In this document: positions 38,753 through 56,859 of the stretch, in pieces
Layout: every line of letters begins with the position of its first letter
Position numbering within the stretch: the stretch's first letter is position 1
Assembly: GCA_964016885.1 (NCBI GenBank)
Contig: OZ024742.1
Coordinates: forward strand, 269,762,001-269,826,000
Source: Eledone cirrhosa
Lineage: Eukaryota
Reading direction: 5' to 3'
DNA length: 64,000 nt
Made by a program: the position numbers and the translations under genes
Notes under the pieces: generated by a model
Database searches by the model: none
The model's input: the letters and a program-made list of their open reading frames with translations, nothing else
What the model was told of the DNA's origin: nothing

Positions 38753-39660
38753 ATTGATATACTTTGGGAGCGTCATGCTGCCAATAAAACAACACGCAAA
38801 TGTAAACTTGCTCTTCAAATTTCCAGTTGGTTGTTTCTAAAACTGGCCGGTTGTTTATATATTGTCAACGCTCTTTCATCATATATTCTGTGACCTCTTC
38901 AGTGACTGATTTCTTATTTCATGTCGCTCTTTTGTTTTCTATCCTACAACATCTTGTTTTTGTTTGCTTTGTGTTGTGTACTGGGTTTGTAAATGTGTTA
39001 CATCAGTGTGTGTGTGTGTGTGTTTATCTATTTATTTATGTGTTGATTTACTTGCCACAAGTTAGATACTTGTTCTATTTGTGTGTGTCTCGTTTGTTTT
39101 ATTAGTTGGTTTCTTGTATGTCTCTGTATGTCTTCATTTTGTCCTTAATTACTAGTTGTAATGTCGTGGCTATTCGACTGGTGTTTTCTGTTTGATTTTA
39201 GAATTACAGTAGCAACAATCATAATGTTTGTGGCTTTTGTAATTTGACATACATTGTGTTCTTCCTTTGTTTGTATATAATGTTTATTTCTTTGTCATCT
39301 AGTGTCCCCCTATGCACCCTTTTGGCATGTTGGTGGAGTATTGGTTAGTTTTTCCCATCCTGGAGTTCTCGACAGTGCACATTTATGCTTTCTACTCTGT
39401 TACAGGCTATCTCACCTGCGTATGTTGTTTTCTCATGCTTACACAGCCCCTCAGTACATATTATGCTGTATACTACGTTCATATTACTGCAGTCAATTAC
39501 TAATAGTTTCTAACCAGATTTCTGTGTCTAGTATAGGTAATCTACGGTTGGTTTGTTTAGATGGGTAGTCTATGGTAAATTTAATACTCTGGAGGATGGA
39601 GTTAGCTATTTGCTGGACGCTTTCATGATGTTCCTCTCTAAGCATATGCATGACCGGTAA
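38753..39660 (-). mobile_element. Degraded, internally deleted PLE of the 29033 family
   Basis: Terminal TATACTTTGGGAGCGTCATGCTGCCAATA; degenerate hammerhead at 38864-38906; 39500-39630 matches 30360-30490. Confidence 0.78.
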
Positions 39661-39669
39661 CATATCAAT

Positions 39670-40595
39670 GGATGGATTTCCTACCTATAGTTGCTCGCAC
39701 ATTGCTCGGTTTGTTGATTTGTTTCGCTGTTTTCCTACTGTTTTCTCTTTTCTTCTCCTTTGCTTCTCTTCCCTCCTTCTTCCGTTTTCCCAATAACTTA
39801 TCCCATCATTGACGCCTTGTGGCGAGGTTTATTGTCTTTAAAGCGTAGAAATATCCGAGACCCCCAGTAGACAAGTGATGAGGCACACTCCCACCAGCCG
39901 TTCTTGCTTTCTTCGTATTCCCACTGAATGTTAAGTTACCTTAAATAACAACTAAACAACCGTTTCTATTCTCACTATATTTCATCATGTTTTTCGCTGT
40001 GACCATTTTCTCTCCCCTTTTACCTACCTATTTCGCTACTTTCTACTCTTACCCCTCTTTCTTCCCGTCCCATTCTCCCTATCTACTCTTACCTCACTTT
40101 CTTCCTCTCCCTTTCTCACGCTGATTCTCACGCCCTCGTCTGACCGTTTAGCAGTTCTCTTCTCACTTACAACTGCGGGGAACGGACGTGTGTCTTTTTC
40201 CTCCCGACCACTCAGTCTTGAACTTAAGTTCTCTTATCGAGTGGTCTTGGATTTCTTTACCTATAGTTGCTCGCACATTGCTCGGTTTATTGTTTGTTTT
40301 TTTTCGCTGTTTTGTTACTGTTTTGTCTTTTCTACCCGTTCGCTTTCCTTCCTTCCTTCCTTCTACTCTTTTCCCAATAACTTATCCAGTTATTGACGCC
40401 GTGGGGAGAAGTATATTGTCATTAAAGGGTAGAGATATCCGAGACTCCCAGTAGACAACTGAAGAGGACTTGCTTTCTTCGTATTCCCACTGAATTTTAA
40501 TTTACCTTAAATAAAACGACACACCCATTTCTATTCTCCATATAATTCATCATGTTTTTCGCTGTGACCATTCTTCTCTCCCCTTCTATCTACCA
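39670..40595. repeat. Partial tandem duplication, ~575-bp unit, ~1.6 copies
   Basis: ACCTATAGTTGCTCGCACATTGCTCGGTTT and the following ~350 bp recur at ~39680 and ~40260. Confidence 0.8.
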
Positions 40596-40599
40596 GCAA

Positions 40600-41780
40600 A
40601 AGCGATGAAATAAAATGATGGTTCAAGTAGGTAAACTGACGACTAAGTACCAACATAACCTCACGCCAAAGGAAATAAATTACTTAACCAACTTCGAAAT
40701 GAAAACTAACAATTTTTATGCATTGTTGAAAGTTCAGAAATCCAAAGAAATACAAAACAACATAAAATGCCAAAATTCATTATATGTTGAAGCACCAAAA
40801 CCGAAAGATTTACGCCTAATTGTTGCTGGTCCAGCGTCAAAAACACAGCGTCTACGCAATCTATTAGACATCATACTGAAACACTTATGTAAAAAAAATG
40901 CTAAGCTTCATCAGAGATGATATGGAATTTCTGAACTATATTCCCCAGAAAGTCCACCAAGGAACAATCTTAGTCAGCTTTCACGTAAGGAGCTTATATA
41001 CTAACATACCACATGACTTAGGAATTGAAGCTGTTGAATTCTGGATTAAAAAAATACGCAGATTAGATTTCAGAGAGATTCCCAAAAGAGTTTATTTTGG
41101 AAGGATTCAAATTAGTATTGCAGAAGAACCATTTCTTCTTTGATAAAGAACTGTATTTACAAATAAAAGGAACGGTAATGGTCAACAAATTAGCCCCAAT
41201 ATATGCAACAGACATGGATCACCTTGAGGAAAATCTATATTCCCAGCTTCAGGAATCGTTCAGTCATGACTTCACCACCTACATTAATGATAACTGGAAA
41301 CGTTACCTAGACGACTGCTTCATCTTCTGGAATAGAAGCCAAAAAGAGCTGCAAAGATTCTATTACACGATAAAGAGGCTTCACGAAGCAATGCAATTTA
41401 CCATGGAATGTAATAAAAAGGAACTAGATTCCCTTATCATTAAAAAAGAGGAAAATATCAAACAGACCTGTTTTACAAACCGACGCCAATACTTGAATTT
41501 CCTTTCAGCACATCCCTCACATACCAAAAGGAACATTACCTTTAACATGGGTAGATGCATCTACAGCATAGTAACCCACCCCACACTACCGGAAAAAAAG
41601 ATTTTATGAACTAAAATATTTTCCTTAAAGACAAGAATATCCGACGAACCTCATCAATACGGCCATCTCCAAATCCCAGAACATCCCAGTGACAACACTG
41701 AGAAAAACTAACTAAGAAAAATGAAAAGGAATAAATAGTTTAGTCGTCACTCACGAACCAAGGAACATCAACATTGTGAA
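40600..41780 (+). mobile_element. Penelope-like RT fragment (second family)
   Basis: FYALLKVQKS, LRLIVAGP, SFHVRSLYTNIPH, GTVMVNKLAPIYA, WKRYLDDCF, YLNFLSAHP. Confidence 0.85.
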
Positions 41781-41789
41781 AGCCGCTAA

Positions 41790-42002
41790 ACAATATCTAG
41801 CGATAACAATGTTGAGAATGGCTCTCAACATTTCTTGGAAACAGAAGCTGGCAAATAAGGAACTATACATATTACTATCTCCAGTTAAAACAAAAAAGTT
41901 GCCTGCAGACGAATGAAACTTGCTGGGCACTGCATCCTTCATCCAGAGGAGATAGCATCACAACTTGTACTGTGGAAACCGACGGTCGGACGAAGAAGAA
42001 GA
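41790..42002 (+). mobile_element. RTE-clade LINE 3' fragment
   Basis: MLRMALNISWKQKLANKELY..RRMKLAGHC..LVLWKP. Confidence 0.65.
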
Positions 42003-42104
42003 TATGTATGTATGCATGTATCTGTATATATATATATATATGTGGATATGTGTATGTATATATGTATACACACACACACATACACACACATACACACACA
42101 CACT

Positions 42105-42201
<97 letters not shown>

Positions 42202-42204
42202 GTA

Positions 42205-42242
<38 letters not shown>

Positions 42243-43629
42243 TGTGTGTATATATATGTGTATGTATATATAAGTATATATATGTTAGTGCTTGTGCTAG
42301 TGTAAATAGATGGGTATGTATGAACTAGTATATGGGCTGTATGTATGTTTATATGTAGGGAGGTAAATATGTGAGCTATCACGATCCCCCCTTCATATAT
42401 AGAGAGTCCTACATTACAATACAACCTGATCTGTTTGACAATCACCACCGACGAATGTGAGAAAATTCTTCAGGAAAGTTAACCAGTAATCTTTTAAAAA
42501 TGTCCCCACCAAGTTTAAAAAGTTCATACTAGATCTACAAAACCAAATTCTAAAATTACAATATAAAATAAAATTGTCTAGAACTACAAGTCAAATCATT
42601 ATTTTCCTTTTTTCAAATATATAAATATATCTCGCGATATTGCGGTTTTCCATATAGATGCTGGTAATAATGAGAGAAGCTTGATGTTATCCAGTTTTCT
42701 TGATACACCAGTAATTGGAAATCGGCTCAGGGTTCTCCAGTTATTGGAGATTATATTATAGACTATGACGATCCGCGCTGCAGAGCACACATTTTATTGA
42801 TAGAGAGTAGAACCAAGTTATACTTAAAATATATCTTTATTCTAAATAGTTTCAATATAGAGCATTGGGCCATACTACGATACATACGAGGTTTTTTCTT
42901 CATCGCATTAAATATCTACAGGAGTTTAGATGTTGATATACCTTGCATATCACAAGGGCAATCAAAAGCTAAATAAAAACAGAAGAGGTATAATATATAC
43001 AGCATATCAAAATGAGGCAATACTATATGAGAACATATGTGTGTATATTCACCAGAAATAAGGATGGCAGTAGTTAGACAATTATACATTAGGCATATAC
43101 ATTTAATAATACATGGAAAAGAAAGCTTATAATTTTAGAAGAATACTAGTTAGGAAACATTTTTCCTGATAAGTTGACTTCCAAAGACACAGAAAAATAT
43201 TTAACCGGAAAACATAAGTATCACGCTTTTTATTATAACACACAGCATGTATTAAGGTATCTGGATACATACCATGTTTATTCTGGTTTGTAATTGAATT
43301 AGCTTAGTAACACGAATTTACGGACGATACGCCACTCAGTATTATTACTTTCAATGTTGATTGAGGAGTCGCATACTATCGGGCGAAAATCTTGGATGCC
43401 TGTTATATTTATCCTTTCTTGAGCCTTCAGTTGTTATGATTTCTAAAGTGTGTATTTCTTATAAACTCATCTTAGTTTTACAGTAAATATTTTGTTTTTG
43501 TTTATACCTCACAGAAACAGCCTCATATCCAGTACGGAATTATGAATTATTGGTAAAACGATCTACCAATAATACAACCTATCTAACATAACTTGTACAA
43601 CTAGTTTGTTCTTTCATTATCTAATAATT

Positions 43630-43815
43630 ATTTCTACTTTACACACAAGGCCAGCAACTTGGAGGGGAGGGAAAAGTCGAGTAAATTGACGCCAGTACTT
43701 ACTGGTGCTTTATTTCATCGACTCCGTACGGATGAAAGGCAACGCTAACCTCGGTGGGATTTGAACTATTTGCTGCGAAGCAGGGTGTCCGACGCTCTAC
43801 CGACACTGCCAATCT
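43630..43815 (-). mobile_element. SINE, related subfamily
   Basis: Same core; GGGATTTGAAC is the reverse complement of a B-box. Confidence 0.8.
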
Positions 43816-44220
43816 GCTCACCATCTAGAAGGCTCTAATAATAAAATACAACGCATGAACAATACACAGACACGTCAGTCAGGCATAGCATCGCCCGGCT
43901 TGTCAGTGTCATTGTCCTATTCGTTACGCAGCCTGCAGACCTCGTGTGCAAATTAATGTTGGCGTATTTTTCAAAAATATATTAGTGGAGAGCTGTAAAT
44001 TAATTACAAAGCTATTTCTCATCTAGATGCAGCAGAGTAGTACTGTAGATTATTTGTTCAAATAACTATAATAATAACTTTTTTCCATTTCCATTAAATT
44101 AATAATTATAACATTATCTTTCTATTTGTATTTGGACAGCATTCTAATATATAATCGTACGTAATTTTGCAAAATTATTGTTTAATTGCCTATCCATCTA
44201 TATTTAGATTTATTGTATTG

Positions 44221-44575
44221 TATTATACTATAAACACTATTAATACGTATGAAGTATTACATTATAAACAATATTAATACATATGAAGTATTATACTATA
44301 AACAATATTAATACATGTGAAGTATTATATTATCAACAATATGAATACATATGAAGTATTAAGATGGTGGATTGGCAGTATCGGTAGAGGGTCGCCGCCA
44401 TGCTTTGCAGCATAGTTACGTCCTTTTACGTTCTGAGTTCAAATCCCTCCGAGGTTAAATTTGCCTTTCATCCTTACAGGGTCGATAAAATAAAGTACCA
44501 GTAATATACTGGAATAATTGATGGCCAAAAGTAGAAACAATTATATTATAAACAGAATTAATACATATGAAGTAT
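44221..44575. repeat. 34-bp minisatellite (4 + 1 units) interrupted by a SINE
   Basis: TATTATACTATAAACAATATTAATACATATGAAG-type units at 44221-44360 and 44539-44575. Confidence 0.85.
44363..44540 (+). mobile_element. Full-length SINE copy
   Basis: A-box-like TGGCAGTATCGG, B-box GAGTTCAAATCC and the Meta-like core. Confidence 0.85.
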
Positions 44576-44679
44576 AAAATCAAAAGCGTGGAATTTATGT
44601 TTTCCTGTAAAATATATCAGAGGAAAAAAATGTTTCGCGAACTAGGATTCTTAATAAATTATAAACTTCCTTCAACATT

Positions 44680-44892
44680 AACAGTCGGTCGACTTTCGTC
44701 AAATCTGACCGAGGAAACAATGTTTCAATTGGTCTTTCCAATTGCTAATACTATTTGTCGGTCGCAACTCCGGGCAGAAGGATCAATGTGAAATAAAGTC
44801 TCTTGCTCAAGGACATAACGCATCACTCGGCCCAGGACTCAAACTCGCAACCTCACGTTTGGGAATTCAGTTATCTAACCATTCAGCCACGC
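44680..44892 (-). mobile_element. Second tRNA-derived SINE family
   Basis: Minus strand reads GTGGCTGAATGGTTAG...GAGTTTGAGTCC...TGTCCTTGAGCAAG. Confidence 0.6.
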
Positions 44893-45350
44893 CCTTATAA
44901 TTATATTTATATGCCTAACATATCATTGACTAACTACTACCATCCTTCATATTTCAGGTCAATATACACACACATATATATATATATACATATATTCACA
45001 TAATATTGCTTATAATTTTCAATCATATATGTCCGTCAATATACTAATGTACATACGCGCAAACTTTTGATATACTGGTTTTAATATAGTGCTTCTGCTT
45101 TACTTTTGCCTTTGATTAAGCTTGTGATTTGCAATGTAATTTAAATAGTATGGTATGAACTGCAGCCGATACAAGGTGTTCTCACATGTGTGTAATTCAC
45201 CTGACGCATCAAACCATATCTACACCCTAAGGATATGTAGAGCGATGTACACATAGCTCTTATGTAGCATAGCATGGCCCACCGCTTTATATGGAAAAAT
45301 ATGCAAAACAAAAATATATATTAATTATAACTTGAGACTTCTCTCTATTA

Positions 45351-45400
<50 letters not shown>

Positions 45401-45591
45401 GGTTATGTACGAGTGTATTAAGGTTTTCCAGGACACAGTGTTATGTACCGTGTAGGGGAAGGTCAGCTTACAACAGAGTGGTGCTCAACGAAATGCAGAA
45501 AATAGGTGTATATTCCAGTTTAGCTATACTCCGGGGCGTGTATAAAGAATCAAAAAGAACAGAAAGATGCAGTAAAAGAGATTTATTCGGT

Positions 45592-45704
45592 TCTAACGTA
45601 CGTTTCAATAGACATCAATTTGCCTAGATCTCGCTGCATCTATAATATATAGTTAGTAGAACATTCAACATCCAATGCACAATCGATTCCATATCATCAG
45701 AGAT
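45592..45704 (-). ncRNA. Type I hammerhead ribozyme with a long stem II
   Basis: UCU-CUGAUGA-U[AUGGAAUCGAUU..long hairpin..AAUUGAUGUCUAU]U-GAAA-CGUACG-UU-AGA. Confidence 0.6.
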
Positions 45705-46005
45705 TATGTTTACCGTACCAGAATGTTCAGGTTTTTATAGGAATTCATGTGAAGTTGAAGTAGAGAAGAAGGAGGATGTGACAAAGACGAGAGAGATGGG
45801 AGGGGGGGGGGGGGGGGGGGGTCATGAAAAAAACCCTATCTCTATATGTTGATTTAAAACTGCACTATCCACAAGTGTTTTTTGGCCTTCATATCATGTT
45901 CTCCTGTTTTATCTGATGAAAACACAAATATTATTGCTTGATGATGTTTGTTTTTGAAATGCGCATAATAAAATATATGGAACTCCTTTAACCATCTTTT
46001 GATCT

Positions 46006-46121
<116 letters not shown>

Positions 46122-46479
46122 GTATGTATGTATATATATATAATAATAAGAAGAATTTGACGCGATTAGCATGAGTTTCACTGTTAGTACCGGCTGCATC
46201 TCAGCGTGCTCAATACGTAGTGTTATATAAAGTCGCAGAGTAGATTCAAAGTTATTTGGTTAAATACAACACACGTAAATGCGTACCTCAAATATATACA
46301 CGCACTCGAATTTCGGCTTCACTTAATGCCGCAATAGAGTGCACACCATCCAATGTTTGCATTTATTTTGCAATGATGCATAATCCGCGCTGTACCGCAC
46401 TAGCGGATTTCGCCTAATCAGTAACCAATCGATCAACATCATTTGATTCCAGTGAGTGACGGCTATGAGACTGGATACA

Positions 46480-46582
<103 letters not shown>

Positions 46583-46598
46583 GCACACACACACATCA

Positions 46599-46640
<42 letters not shown>

Positions 46641-46675
46641 TGGAAAATGTGTGTAATCCTTGGTACAGTTAGGTA

Positions 46676-49803
<3,128 letters not shown>

Positions 49804-49812
49804 GTATACATA

Positions 49813-49873
<61 letters not shown>

Positions 49874-50374
49874 TATATATGTATATATATTATATATATA
49901 TGTATATATATATTAGAAAGTGAGTTTTTTTTACAAAATGAAAAAATAACCGAGGTGTCCTACACGAGTGTAAGTATAGAGAAAAAAGATGAAATCGAAA
50001 ATGCAACTGGAGTCTTATTTAAAAAAAAAAAATATATATATATATATATTTGTTTCCTTTACCGGTTTCGCAGTTCTTACTCTTTGCAAATGTAGAGTTG
50101 AGATGGAGTCCAGCCTCCTACCTTAATGGTCGCTATATTTATGGTACGTCAACATTATTTATAAAACTGGTTATATATTGTATTTTATGTGACGAATGCA
50201 TGCCATATTTTTAATATGGTATCCCTGAAATATGTATAATGAAATAAATATGGTTTTATAAATATAGCTTCCATTTGTTTAATATCGTATATCTACTCCA
50301 AAAACTTGTCGAGTGCTTTATATCAGTTATAAAATATTTACTTGTTGTAACCCAACAATTTTAAATAAAATTTT

Positions 50375-50447
<73 letters not shown>

Positions 50448-50689
50448 GTTTGTATATGTATAGTAAAGCCGAAACAATTCAGGTATGGACATAGAATAAA
50501 GAATGCAAATGCAAAATATATTGTTGACAATTAGTCGTTTGCCTTAGATTTATTTAAATGTCCTTATTTTTCGAAATAATATCTCTTCTTCGGAGGGAAG
50601 TAAAGCGGTTAAACCAGTGTTCTAAATAGTTTGCCAAGTCATGCTGACAGGAAATGGTATAGAGTGTCTGTTCTATCTCTATTATCAAA

Positions 50690-53150
<2,461 letters not shown>

Positions 53151-53156
53151 TATTAT

Positions 53157-53342
53157 GTGGATTGGCAGTATCGGTAGAGGGTCGGCCGCCATGCTTTTCA
53201 GCACAGTTACGTCCCTTTACGGACTGAGTTCAAATCCCGCCGAGGTTCACTTTGCCTTTCATCCTTACGGGGTCGATAAAATAAAGTACCAGTAATACAC
53301 TGGGATAATTGCTGGCCTTGTGCCAAAAGTAGAAACAATTAT
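53157..53342 (+). mobile_element. Full-length SINE copy
   Basis: Same family as 44363-44540. Confidence 0.85.
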
Positions 53343-53555
53343 TTACGAAGTTTCTAAAAACAGTGGGAGGGTTGTACTTTCTGTTCCGTATAACCATGTC
53401 CATTACGTTCTACAAAGATATAAATGATCTGGTAAGGTGAAACAATTGTTTTCGGTATGGTAACCTAACTGTTGTGTAACCACCTCTACCTAACTCGCCC
53501 CATGGACTGAGTTCTCTACCACTACGGACATTAACTTCCAGTGTTCTACCACTAT
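53341..53555. repeat. Duplicate of 54742-54945; a diverged inverted copy lies at ~53700-53800
   Basis: Direct sequence match. Confidence 0.85.
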
Positions 53556-53581
53556 TTACATATATATATATATATATATAT

Positions 53582-53678
<97 letters not shown>

Positions 53679-53959
53679 GAGATATAGAGAGAGAGGGAGA
53701 GAACTGGTTACACAACATTTAGTTCACCATAGCAATTGTATCACCCTAGCGGATCCTCACCTGGTAATGGACATGGTTGTACGGAACAGGACGGACAACC
53801 ATACGAACGCGCATGTGCAGAAACGGTCACTTCACGCTGGCAAAACTAAATTGGGTGCTAGTGGTATAAGGGTGATAACTGCGAAGTCCGAAAGTTTCTA
53901 GTTGATCAGAAAATGAGGATGTTGTTGTAATTCAATCCGAAGCTTTGTAGTTATGTAAG

Positions 53960-54760
53960 AGATATTTCCAGACCTGTGGACAACATGTTAAGAATTCATA
54001 TCTTGATTTTAGGCAATCGCTATTGCGTAATCTCTTTAGAATATTTATTCGTTCATCAATGCATAATCAACACGACGGATTGCCCCTTGCGTATGACTTG
54101 GACATAGTGATGAATTTCCATTGAATGGAGTAGTCCATACTTGAGTCCTTGAGGGCCCATACATGGCTCGCGAGTTTCGTGGATGAACGTCTTTCCGGGT
54201 ACCTAAAGGTCGGTTGGTGACTCAGGAAGTGTTCCTTAAATCGGCCCTGCGCCACACCCCCATAGGATTGGACCTCCTGTGGTTGATTTGGTGGGTTACC
54301 ATAGCTACATAAACTACTGCGGGTGTATTGCATTGCTGTTGAAGCGGACAAGCTTCGGGCTTACGTCCAGATTATCCTGGTGGGTGTTGCTCTTAGGGAT
54401 GTTGGTGATGTGGGCCTTCATGTTCTTAGCGCAGGAGTATCCCAGTTTTAATTTGTGTCGGTTAAAGATGGAGCGGTATTTATGACCTATGGGAAAGTGT
54501 CTATCTAAGAGGGCTTGAAACGTTTTGCCTACATTGGTTTTAACGTTGAGGGAGAAGGGAGGAGAGAACCAGATAGTTTGTCTATTGTTATGCTTTGTTT
54601 TCTTATTGCTGTTGTTGTTAGTTGGGGAGCAAGTGGTAGATTGCGAGAAGCCGCTGCTAGCTAACACCGTGTTATAGTAGGGTGCCGCTCTGTCGAATAT
54701 AGCCTTATTAGAGGGGAGGTTTGAGATTCTAGTACTGATATTATTTACGAAGTTTCTAAA
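53960..54760 (-). mobile_element. PLE 3' fragment (fourth family): RT thumb and GIY-YIG-type endonuclease
   Basis: IWFSPPFSLNVKTNVGKTF..LLDRHFP..IFNR..LGYSC..NM; FKEHF..H..F..STKLASHVWALK..IQW..C.LC..E. Confidence 0.8.
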
Positions 54761-54956
54761 AACAGTGGGAGGGTTGTCCTTTCTGTTCCGTATAACCATG
54801 TCCATTACGAGCTGAGGATCTGGTAAGGTGAAACAATTGTTTTCGGTATGGTGAACTAACTGTTGTGTAACCACTTCTACCTAACTCGCTCCATGGAGTG
54901 AGTGCTCTACCAGTACGGACATTAACTTCCAGTGTTCTACCACTATATATATATAT

Positions 54957-55139
<183 letters not shown>

Positions 55140-55268
55140 TTGTAATAGAATGAAAACTAAATTTCATTTCTCACTCTTATACGGCACTTACTTAAATGTA
55201 AGTATGTATGTATACGTACATACATATATGTATACAGACGTACAGTAGCATGCATGTATATCTATATA

Positions 55269-55346
<78 letters not shown>

Positions 55347-55432
55347 CAGGTACACATACATATATGTACGTATCAGTTTAGCGGACGTTTATTATAGCGC
55401 CCTCTTTGTTCAACCATCTGGCAGAAGGGTAT

Positions 55433-55475
55433 ACGGTGCTGATGATAGCTAACAAGCTTGAAGCTAGTACATCGT
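55433..55475 (+). ncRNA. Type I hammerhead ribozyme, GAAG variant
   Basis: ACGGUG-CUGAUGA-U-AGCU(AACA)AGCU-U-GAAG-CUAG-UA-CAUCGU. Confidence 0.75.
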
Positions 55476-55625
55476 TCCTGTGTCAGTGTTGAACAAAAAG
55501 GTGACGTGGCTGCCTTAACACCGTACGGCATAAATTCAGGCTGTCCGTTTGTTTACAAATGGACAAAGCGGGCGTTATAATAAATGTCCGCTAAACTGAT
55601 ACGTACATATATGTATGTGTACCAG

Positions 55626-55712
<87 letters not shown>

Positions 55713-55950
55713 GCATGCTACTGTACGTCTGTATACATATATGTATGTACGTATACATAGATACTTACATTTAAGTAAGTGCCGTATAAGAGTGAGAAAT
55801 GAAATTTCGTTTTCATTCTATTACAACTTATCGTTTTCGGTGCGCCTGGCCAACGGAACTCACTCGATATGCAAATTAGGCTGCTCAGCCGTTAATTTTC
55901 ATAAGGAAAGTATATACTTTCGAACGTTCAACCATCTGGCAGAAGGGTAT

Positions 55951-55993
55951 ACGGTGCTGATGATAGCTAACAAGCTTGAAACTAGTACATCGT
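55951..55993 (+). ncRNA. Type I hammerhead ribozyme, intact core
   Basis: ACGGUG-CUGAUGA-U-AGCU(AACA)AGCU-U-GAAA-CUAG-UA^CAUCGU; stem I extends via AGGG/UCCU, CUGGCA/UGUCAG and UUCAAC/GUUGAA. Confidence 0.85.
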
Positions 55994-56143
55994 TCCTGTG
56001 TCAGTGTTGAACAAAAAGGTGACGTGGTTGCCTTAACACGGTACGGCATACATTCAGGCTCTCCGTTTGTTTACAAATGGACAAAGCGGGCGCTATAATA
56101 AACGTCCGCTAATCTCATACGTACATATATGTATGTGTACCTG

Positions 56144-56196
<53 letters not shown>

Positions 56197-56250
56197 CGGC
56201 GATGAATTAGTTTTGCGAGGTTTTTTATATGAAATCGTGTGTCGAAACAG

Positions 56251-56783
56251 ATATTGTTATATTTGGGGAGGGTCATATTTGCGTAATATTGCCAGAATTA
56301 ATAACAGAACACACTCACTGTTTGGTTGGTTTTCGCTTCTCGCTGTCTTTTATATATATATATCTGCGATCTAACTGACCTAAGAGAAGTACAAACAAAC
56401 AAGCAAATTAAATCAAACAAAACAAGACAAATAAATACATACACAAGCACACAAACACACACCAGTCACCCAGCAGACACAACACTATACACACCAGTCA
56501 CACATCACACATAACAGTGTTATGTGTGATGTGTGACTGGTGTGTATAGTGTTGTGTCTGCTGGGTGACTGGTGTGTGTTTGTGTGCTTGTGTATGTATT
56601 TATTTGTCTTGTTTTGTTTGATTTAATTTGCTTGTTTGTTTGTACTTCTCTTAGGTCAGTTAGATCGCAGATATATATATATAAAAGACAGCGAGAAGCG
56701 AAAACCAACCAAACAGTGAGTGTGTTCTGTTATTAATTCTGGCAATATTACGCAAATATGACCCTCCCCAAATATAACAATAT
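56251..56783. repeat. Perfect 533-bp palindrome built from PLE 3'-UTR pieces
   Basis: Centre at 56517; identical ORFs at 56326-56514(+) and 56520-56708(-); arms match 33638-33790 and 34060-34178. Confidence 0.93.
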
Positions 56784-56802
56784 ATATATATACATATATA
56801 TG

Positions 56803-56855
<53 letters not shown>

Positions 56856-56859
<4 letters not shown>

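Noticed and set aside
42860-43400. Possible degraded GPCR-like pseudogene on the minus strand (hydrophobic runs, RYINI, IVVW)
   Set aside because: Many stops and no reliable motif; AT-rich DNA mimics hydrophobic sequence. It needs tBLASTn.
50560-50600. Degenerate hammerhead (CCGAAGA..GAAA, minus strand) downstream of the third PLE; similar remnant at ~53895-53910
   Set aside because: The position is plausible, but the core is mutated and stems I and III are unsupported.
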